In this document: positions 55,488-64,000 of the stretch, in pieces | Position numbering within the stretch: the stretch's first letter is position 1 | Layout of the letters: the number at the start of each line of letters is the position of its first letter | DNA from: Acanthaster planci | Taxonomy: Eukaryota | Assembly: GCF_001949145.1 (NCBI RefSeq) | Contig: NW_019091362.1 | Span: 2,716,204 to 2,780,203 of the forward strand | Length of the DNA stretch: 64,000 nucleotides | Reading direction: 5' to 3' | Notes under the pieces: model-generated | The model's database searches: none | The model's input: the letters and a program-made list of their open reading frames with translations, nothing else | What the model was told of the DNA's origin: nothing | Translations under genes and position numbers: made by a program

Positions 55488-55669
55488 AGACACTGTTGCT
55501 ATACCTCGTGATTCAGGCCAAGCTTTTGCATAGTGACCACCATCTCCGGAATAGACTGGTTTCTTTGTGCCCTTCTCTTTTGTTGAAAACAGTGTATTGG
55601 TACAGGCATCTCTTTATGTCACTAAGCAAAACCTTGCCCCCAAAATCACAATGTATAGTAACAGTGTCT
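55488..55669. mobile_element. MITE with ~50-bp TIRs and TAA TSD (PIF/Harbinger-like)
   Basis: agacactgttgctatacctcgtgatt vs aatcacaatgtatagtaacagtgtct; taa at 55485-87 and 55670-72. Confidence 0.8.
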
Positions 55670-56614
55670 TAATTCACACTGTTGTGCTCACATGAAAAAC
55701 TCAGTGTTCCAGATTTTGTTCAAAGTTAACTCGCAAGAGGCTGATTGTCTGTTTCAGTGAGTTGGAGTGATGGTGCTCTTTTTGCCTGCTTTGTGCCTAC
55801 TGTCAGTAATACATATGAGGAATGTAAAATATTTACTATTTGCTCCTGAAAATAACGGAAACCTTTCTGAACATCTCACTTGCCCCAGAGCTGGAAAAAA
55901 ATTGAAGTGAAGGAGACTTTTTCTTTTTTTTGTTTGGAACTGACCTCCGAAGATTCAGCTCATTTCCTAGTCACACACTGAGTAATAGCCTGTAGCGATT
56001 TCCACTGTTGAAACAAAGGTTTCCTTGTAGGATGTTTTTCTTGCCCTCTAGAAATGTATTTAGTTGCTGTTGACATAACTGACCTGGCACTTTCCTGAGT
56101 GTTGTTATAAGGGCAAGTCCAATTCTGTTGGTCCAACTTGACCAACCAGCCAACCGGCGCCGGAGAAAGATAGTCATGCTTCCCTGTGAATCTTCCTGTT
56201 TGACAGCCGTCTTTTCTGCATTCTCTTCTTTCTTTCTTTGTTTTACAGGACTACAAGTAGTACTTTAACTTTGTAATGCGGTTGAACATACTGGATGGCC
56301 TTGCAAAAATCTCAGCTGAGCCACAGAATATTTAGTGATGGCGGTCAAATAATTCAAGATCTTAGGACTAGATGGCTCTTTCTTACGCAATGGTCCCTGC
56401 TCCTGTAAACTTTTTTTTTTCAGTTTGAATCGTAACAGGTACTGAACCACAGACTACCAAGCTTACATTTTATGCATGCATGCTTTTGATTTCCAAATTG
56501 CAACAACCGAAAAGTGGACATAGACCTTCAAAACTGACCAGTGTTTACTGAATTTTGTGCTTATCCCATTGTTCACATATTCCACATCTCCTTTTTTTTT
56601 GCCAGAGTACATTT

Positions 56615-56790
56615 AATATGGATGTTTCACAATAGTGCACCTCGAACAGTTTGCAGTGCACTCGCCAATCATAATGCACGAAATCTATCGACCCAATGCG
56701 TGTTTGGAAAAGGTAGACAGATGTCGCGCATTGTGATTGGCCAACGTGTTGCAAACTCTTGCAGGTGCACTATTGTGAATCACCCGTATT
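56615..56790. mobile_element. Palindromic MITE (~175 bp)
   Basis: ttcacaatagtgcacct / aggtgcactattgtgaa perfect; gccaatcataatgcacga / tcgcgcattgtgattggc near-perfect. Confidence 0.8.
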
Positions 56791-57260
56791 GATGCCTATA
56801 AAATGGGGCATTTTCCCCCAAACCTTGCTTAGCTAAAAGATTGTTTTGTCTTGCAACTTTTGTGGGTAGTTTTTGGAAAGGTTGAAAATGTTTATTTTTT
56901 AAATTGTCAAGTCCACACTCTATATCCTAAATGTTTCCTGTGAAATGCAATAGTTGACAAAATATTTCGCATTGGCAACTTACACATGTAACAAAAGTAC
57001 ATTACACATGTAACAAAATGCATTATGAATGGGACACCTTAGACCCTCACCATGGTTTAACTTCTGGCCATGGACACGTTTCACGTTGCAGTTGATACCT
57101 ATCTGTAACTATTGAGGAAAAAAACAAGTTCCTAAGTCATACTTCACTGTTTCAGAAGGATGGTCTCAAACAGAGGGGTGAAAGGTAAATTGAACACAGT
57201 TCTACACGGGGTTGAGCCAATTTTTATAGGGGCAGGGTACACTGAATATGTCACTCTTAA

Positions 57261-57922
57261 AGTCAACAGAAATAGAAAACATTCAGTTCATGTGAAGTAT
57301 TTTGAAATAACAATGAATACGTAACCATTCGTAAATGTAATGTTTACCCCATTTATTGTGACCCCACAATGAATAGAAAGATAATCCCCTTTTGGCCATT
57401 CGCGCTTCCAGGCTGATTGCATGACATCATCGCCAGAATGCTGACATGTACAGAGTACATGTACATTGCGCACAGTACATGCAGTATTGCACGCTTCAAT
57501 GGACCACATTGTTTTTTATGTGGCTCAGTTCACTGGCAAACACTGTCTCAATTCAAGGAATACATGGTAGGGCTATGTCTCATAATTTCTACCTTGAACT
57601 GAGACAGTGTTTGCCTGTGGGCCAAGCTACATCAAACACAACGTGGCCTATTGAAGCGTACGATACTGCGTGTATTGTATACAACGTATATGTACACTGT
57701 ACATGTCAGCGTTCTGGCGCTGACGTCATCCAATCAGCCTGGGAGCGCGAACGGCCAAAAGGGATTTGTTTGAGGACGGGGAAACGCATTATCTTTTTAT
57801 TCATTGTGGGGTCACAATTGATGTGATAAACATTAAATTTATGATGTTTTGAAATGGTTACATATTTATTGTTATTTCAAAATACTTCACGTGAACTAAA
57901 TGTTTTCTATGTCTGTTACTCT
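57261..57922. mobile_element. Foldback non-autonomous DNA transposon, ~300-bp inverted arms, TTAA flanks (Kolobok-like)
   Basis: Arms align end to end, e.g. gaagtattttgaaataacaat / attgttatttcaaaatacttc and ggcaaacactgtctca / tgagacagtgtttgcc; spacer ~30 bp; ttaa|AG...CT|ttaa ends (57257-60, 57923-26). Confidence 0.85.
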
Positions 57923-60900
57923 TTAAACAATGTACTGGGAGTGATGAACTCAAGTTTCTTGGACATTGCACATGGTGTATGTTACAGTGTAATCAGGGCA
58001 TGAATTGAATGTTGTGTTTTTCTGATTATGTTTTTACCGTGTTCCGTTGATTGTTTTTATTCTGAGTATATATTACCTCGAAGGTAATGGAATTGTGCAA
58101 AAGTTTTAGCCAATCAATTGTTCGTCATTCCCGCGTAGACGTAACTCTGCCATTCAGAGAAGGCGTTCGCGAAGCGGGAAAACGCCTTCCCGTCTTACGC
58201 AACGGTATTTTGTTGAGGCCATGGTAATTGTCAGAACGCCCATCGTATTATTGTGAATCAAATCACACCAGTCGATGAAGAATAGGTCGCATTGCACAAT
58301 CGGGCACAATAAGAATCTTGTTGGAGTTTTCTTATGTGAGAGAGAGATAGAGAGTCAGAAGTCAATTTTGACTTGCTCGAGAAAGACAGATGTTTGGAGA
58401 GTGACTGTGTGATGCAAGACCGGTTTTGACTCCCTGGCATTAGAAATCTGAGCCAGCAGATTTAGCTTTGTTGTGGATCTGTTTTGACCACTTTGGAAAA
58501 GGACGGAAAAATCTGTTTCTGTGAGAATTAGGCAAACTAGGGCCTAATTCCAGCCACATAGACGTCCCAGTCGGCATTAACGACTTCATGGCAACAGTTT
58601 ACCTTCCAAGACAGTTGTTCAGGAAATTTCCATAAGTGTTGTAATATGGATGATTTTCTTGCTTTTATACATCGAAGTAAAAGCCTGCAGATGATGAAGT
58701 TTCGTCGCTGATGATTTTTTAGAAGATCAGAAATTTACATTTATTAAAATAAGGATAATGATATAAGATTTGTGGTAATTTGGAATTGTGGAGATCGAGG
58801 TTGGAAAGGAAACAAATTGGAGCATGATATTGCTAGTTCTTTAAAACTGTTAAGGTTTTGGGTTTATATTTATTGTAGATGGCCTTATGTTGAGACTGGT
58901 CCCACTGACTCTACCGATGACTGAGAAGAGTCCCTTGTGTACCGCTAAGGAGCATAGACTCTGAACTTGCTCTGCTTGACTGAGCTTTTGGCTGATCTGC
59001 TACGGTTTTGTTAGACACCAGATTCAGGGGCTACGGAAACTTCAACAGATGGTGGACCAATTAATGTTGCTATTTCAATAATTTAAAGTAGATATTTGGT
59101 GGAACCTTTCTTTTTTATGATTGATGTGATGATCCCAGAGTCACTTGATTGACTTAATGAGTATAATTGGGTTTTTATGACTTAATCACAGACCTGTAAA
59201 TAATTAAATAATTCTGTAAGGAGTTAACTGTCTAATACCATATTGAGCTCATGTTGTAAATATTGGAATACAGAATATTGGAATTCCAGAAGACCATTTG
59301 ATCTTGTTATTTATTTAGATTGTCGGTGCATCCTATAGGATCCAGGGTTGCCATTCCTAATTGTGAATAGCCAAATGTCGGAGTGGTGACGGTGTAGATG
59401 GTCATTAATGCCTCAGTCAGTTCTGGCGATTTCCTGACTGTGGGCATGCTAGTTTCCTTGCAGAAACGGAAAGGAGAGGATTAGATAAGGGTGGAGTATT
59501 AGTCCACAGGGCCTTTTAAACAGTCCGAAGCAGTAAAATTGCTCATAAAGTAATGTGATTCATCATCTTAATTCAGATGGTTGACCAGAAATCCTATGCA
59601 TCCGATGACATGACAAACTGGCTTAAAGTGCAGAAGTAATAAGTGCCACCGGTATTTTCTGAGTTCTGAGCTCACAGACCCGTAGATCTTTATCAGGGCA
59701 ATACCGTTGATTATCTGGCTTGTATTGGTTTTGACGAGTGACAGGCAGAAGATGATGCATCAGGTTGTGATTGGCGGAGGCAAGTTCTTGCTTTGGATTC
59801 CGGTCAACTTGGATCTTCAAGAAACTGAGGTGTGCTGGAGGAAGGTGTAGGGTTGGACTTCACGGCTTGTCAGAATGTATTCAGTCAGTGATGTGTGAGA
59901 GAGATGTTTTTCCTGTCCCTCCTCCTCATAACTGCTGTATGTCATGTGTGCTGCGTCACTATCAAAAATTTACTACTGGTGCTTAGAATTATAACTGGTG
60001 ATCATGATATAGTCCCTGCTATTCCTTCTGTCCTGCCTCCAGTTTTTCCTCTTTTGGATGGCCATCAGTCTCCCAGTATTTAACTTGAAACCGCATGTCT
60101 TTATAAACTGCACTTTGATTAATTAATTTGATATGCTTCTAAGCTGAGAAAATTTATCTCATTTTCCTCAAGATGACATTGTTTTGTTTTGATGGCAGAA
60201 ACATGACATTTGAACTAAACATTTTCCGGTGCTGAATAATGAAGCATCTTGAGTTGGTTCAGTGCATGCCATGTGCACAGCTGTTGCACTGTGCTGTAAC
60301 ACAACCTTGGACCACAGTCTACAGTGAAGTTACAACTTACTCAGTTTCCCCCATGCTTTTCCCGGAGTCAGTGCTAATTTTACTCACACACCTTACCCTA
60401 GCATTGGACCTGCTGTGACCCAAAATGTCTAGCTAATGTGAGCCGCTAAACCACTGGACCAAAAACTTGTGTCTTGTGATAATACAGCACAGTCATTACG
60501 CCTTCAACTACTTACAGTACAACTTCATTCAATTTGTGTGTAGATTCTCAAGCAAACAATCATTGGCTTGACATGGCTCAAGCTGTTAGATGCATCCCAA
60601 CAGGGAAAAGTGCAGTGCCATTATGGTGGAGTCCATAGTTACTTCTAAATGTACAATTTTCATTTTAACAACAGGTGCCTGTGAAGTGACTCAAGCAGAA
60701 TCACATGCCAGGAGATGGCTGGACAGAACAGCTGAATTTTGAGCCTATCCAGTGCCAGTGGAAGGTCTTGTCAGAATTGCAGAGAACTTTTCTTTTGAGA
60801 CAATCATCTTTGCCCATCACTCAGTCTTTTGTCTTTCACTGGACACTGTTGTGTTCCACCAGAATTGAGCAGTCTGACCAGCTGCGACAGTTGGAGGTAG

Positions 60901-61204
60901 TCCAGCTTTAATGCCGGAGGATACTGTTAATTAATGACAACTAACTGGGAGCTAAATATTCAAATGGTGCATCCCTCTGTGAGCCTTGTTCAATGACAGT
61001 GCCAAGCTGGGTGTAGACTGCTGCAGTGAACATTTCCTTCGTGGAAGACATTGTGACATTTCAGTCGGAGTGATTCCTTTTCTCTGTACATGCGTGAGAG
61101 ATGTTCTGTGATCTGTACATGCATCATCTAATTGTATGCTGCTGGAGTCTACTCATGATGAAATATACAGCTTAACTGCTTTGAATAGATTTTGGATTCC
61201 ACAG

Positions 61205-62866
61205 GTGACAGAGGTCCCATTGGATGTCGTAAGGAGAGGAGGAATTACCTTCTTAAAGATGTCGGTGACTGTACCTTTCAACATTTCGACACAGATTGGG
61301 CCCTACCCCATTATTTACAACACCCCACGCAGTATGGAACCCAAAACACCCCCCAAACCACTCCCCAAACGAAAACCGGGACATCAGTCAAAGCACATTT
61401 ATGACCGTGTCCCGCTGGAGGGGTCACTGTTCAAGAAATCCTACTCTCCTGTGATGTACCCTAAGAAGCTGACTCCAGCTCCACCGGGGAAGCTCGTGCC
61501 AAATCTCCTGAACATTCTGACCATAAATACTCAGAGAGAAGGCTCCGAAACAAGTGTTGAGAACCCAATTTCAGCTGCCCCAGACAAGCCTGCCTTGGTT
61601 CCTCCTGAGGAAGGGATTACTTCTCTTGCATCAAGTCCAACACAGGGGATGCAGTCAGAGAACAAACCTACCCCTCCCATAAAGAATAAAGCCAAGAGAC
61701 AAGGATGCCCAAACCTTGAGGAGGAAGTGGGCCCAGAGCCTTTCCCACATGCTGAGAAGCACAAGGATGGAGATACTAAGCATTTACCATCTCAAGAGGA
61801 AAGTCCTGGCTGTGAAGAGGAGGTTGCTGCTGAAAAGAAGAATGCCTACCACGAGAGTGCCAAGTGTGAGGAAGTTGATGGCAGCATTTCTTCCCAGCTG
61901 GAAAACTCCATCTCGAAAGAGCAAGACACAGAATCAATCAAAGCTGACTCCGGAAGCTTATTTTCATCCACTCTCCGCTCCACGACCTGCTCTGCGTCAT
62001 CTGCTTGTTCATCATCTTCATCTTCCTCTTCTGCTTCCTCTACCTCCAGCAACACAAGCTCAGAGTCGTCCAACTCTAGTATAGCCAAAGCCTTCTTCAA
62101 CACCCCTCATCTTGGGTCCTCCACACCCAAGCGCATCAACTCCCCAAAAAACTACACTCCGGTGGAAAATCTATATGACTCATGGCGGCTGGACATCGCA
62201 GCTAAGAGTGAAGGCACTACACCACCTGCAAATGCTGTAGATCCTGTCCAGAGGCCCAAGAAGTGTTCAGGGTACTATGCTGAAATATCAGACTACATGT
62301 CAACAGCTGCACTGGGGAGCTCTCGGAATCCTACGGAAAATCAGGCAGTGGTTCTTCCTCCACCATTGCAGTTTTGCAACAGCCACCGCAAAGTCAAGGA
62401 GAAAGTTTTGTATGTGAATCTGCCGGCACACGTGACCAACATTACATCCCAAACAACTGAGCATGCAGTGGAAGACCAGCAGGTGGATACTATCATTGTC
62501 AATGGTTATGCGGACCCTCAGGACGAACTGATGAACGAATCCAGGGGCTATGAGAATGGCTCCCTTTCAGCCTACACCAAAATAGAAGACGGCGCCAATC
62601 CATATGAGACCCCTCTCGATATGGCCACGGCGGCCACGCAAACGGAGCAGGAGGTGGTGACAGTGTCCTGCGAGTGTGGGGAGTTCCTGTGCCTGCCGGC
62701 TGAGATGGAGGAGATAGTAGCCCAGCTCAAGCATGAGCAGAACATGCGGATGGTGTCGGAACAGCTGGTCAAGATGGTAGAGGTGGAGATCAAGGAGCTG
62801 AAGGAGGACCTCCTCGCCAAAAAGACTGATCTGGTCCGAGCCTTGGAGGAAAAGCAGAGTGCTCAG
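61205..62866 (+). CDS. Large coding exon (partial gene, continues past window): disordered Pro/Ser-rich adaptor/scaffold-like region followed by a coiled coil
   Basis: Only long stop-free frame in the window (inside ORF 61136-63049). Acceptor ttggattccacag ends at 61204; strong donor CAG|gtaaga at 62866/62867, phase 0. First in-frame ATG at 61259 in AAGATG context gives 536 codons to the donor. Contains PKTPPKPLPKRKP, a poly-Ser tract, many Tyr motifs and heptad-like EMEEIVAQLKHEQNMRMVSEQLVKMVEVEIKELKEDLLAKKTDLVRALEEKQSAQ. Family not recognised. Confidence 0.85.
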
Positions 62867-63648
62867 GTAAGAAAGTTTTGCTTTTTACCCCAGCTCTTAT
62901 ACCAAGGGCCAAGACTCACAAAAATGTTGGCAATAAAGGAAGAGGGAAAGCCCAGTCCTGTAGGTATAGTTGGAGATGCGGGGGAGGATACAGTAAAGGG
63001 AGGGGTTCTGTGTCATTCTGTTGAATGCAGTAACAGAACATGTCCTTGAGCAGACTGTTGGATTATGTCCAGTCGGATTCCATTAATGTGCCTTTATTAT
63101 GTTCATTCAATTTAGAATGCAGAATTGAAACATTGAAATTTTGTTTCCTTTTAGTTTAGTTGCAGGATTCATACAACATTTTGACATTTGACATGGGCAT
63201 CATTTTCCTCTCTGCAAAGCCGACATTGCCAGTAATTGTAACACCTACACATGGGAAAATAGCCACACCCGGTGTCACAAAATAAAAGGTCATTTACATG
63301 CATATTTAAGTTTACGTCTGCGGATTGTGATTACTGGGAAAAAGGTTACTGTGAATGCCCTAACTTGTGTCCTTGGCAAGAGTGAATAATGTGTAGGGAG
63401 TGGTGTAGGATGTCACAGGTTGCATTTTGTGACTTACACGTATATGCCCCTTCATCTAGCCTACTTTTTATTCTTGTTCTTTTTTCATTGGAAATGTCAA
63501 CATTTATTACTTGACATTGACATGTGAAGTTTCTGATCATGTGAAGGCCAAATGATGCAAGTCAGAATGAGCAAGCTTCCTTTTTGAGATCTGGAATTAA
63601 AAGTGCATTAAGTCCGAAACAGACTAGCAACTGTGCATGTAAGTCTTC

Positions 63649-64000
63649 ATTAGCTGTTTCGGACACCGGCCGAAACAGCTTTTGGTTTTCTTAACATTTT
63701 TTTATTTTTTATTTTTTTTTCTTCTTTTTCCATTTTTCTCCATAGGCATAACATGTGGTCGTTCTAGATGTGACTTTTGGATCTTACCTTAGACTGATTC
63801 CCTTCAACTGTTGCACATAGTTAGACTATCATCTGCAAATATATGCCAAATCATGCCATCATCATGATGTCATCACCTGATTTATTATAGAATATTGAAC
63901 ATTTAAGTTTTTCCCATATATTTTGTACATGTTTTTGAAATTTTTTTCCCCGAACTTGGCAATGTTGCATCTTTGACAAAGCAAAGCCCTGGAGACCAAA
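63649..64000 (+). mobile_element. 5' part of a Helentron/HINE-like element running off the window
   Basis: Hairpin agctgtttcgg-acaccgg-ccgaaacagct (63652-80), T-rich simple tract, then a unit (gactgattcccttcaactgttgcaca) resembling the 145-bp repeat at 26.7-27.4 kb. Confidence 0.5.

Noticed and set aside
60400..60462. tRNA gene (minus strand tggtccagtggtttagcg, A-box-like)
   Set aside because: No B-box or acceptor stem; at most a decayed SINE head.
60674..60896. Upstream coding exon MPGDGWTEQ...RQLE splicing in phase 0 to the large exon
   Set aside because: Phase-compatible but weak donor (gtagtc) and no other support; left uncalled.
61192..62820. Overlapping and antisense ORFs within the large exon
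   Set aside because: Shadows of the real coding frame.
61136..63049. Treating the 637-aa ORF as a complete single-exon gene
   Set aside because: Clear acceptor at 61204 and donor at 62867; the translated ends outside these sites read as intron.

Overview
AT-rich, gene-sparse eukaryotic (animal) genomic DNA with two assembly gaps (14727-14896, 53180-53678). The repeat style suggests a marine invertebrate, possibly an echinoderm; this is inference and cannot be confirmed here. Base skew, splice-donor orientation and a CpG-rich domain at about 40.3-45.8 kb point to two divergent, intron-rich transcription units. One is a minus-strand gene whose 5' region spans roughly 1-43 kb, with only tentative exons (one is signal-peptide-like) and no identifiable product. 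The other is a plus-strand gene starting near 45.5 kb. Its only confident coding segment is a 1.66-kb exon (61205-62866) encoding a disordered, Pro/Ser-rich region with many tyrosine motifs, followed by a TQT motif and a coiled coil. The rest is non-coding and holds many small non-autonomous DNA transposons (MITEs), Helitron/Helentron-like elements with ~145-bp repeats, a 660-bp foldback and a 48-bp minisatellite. The most striking signal is the extreme over-representation of palindromic TA-NNNN-TA octamers (TACATGTA, TACCGGTA, TAGGCCTA) and chains of them. Two internal comparisons show TACATGTA arising as a 6-nt insertion at a TA, as expected for excision footprints of TA-targeting transposons. 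No prokaryotic genes, CRISPR arrays, rRNA or tRNA genes were seen. Almost all short ORFs in the supplied track look spurious.
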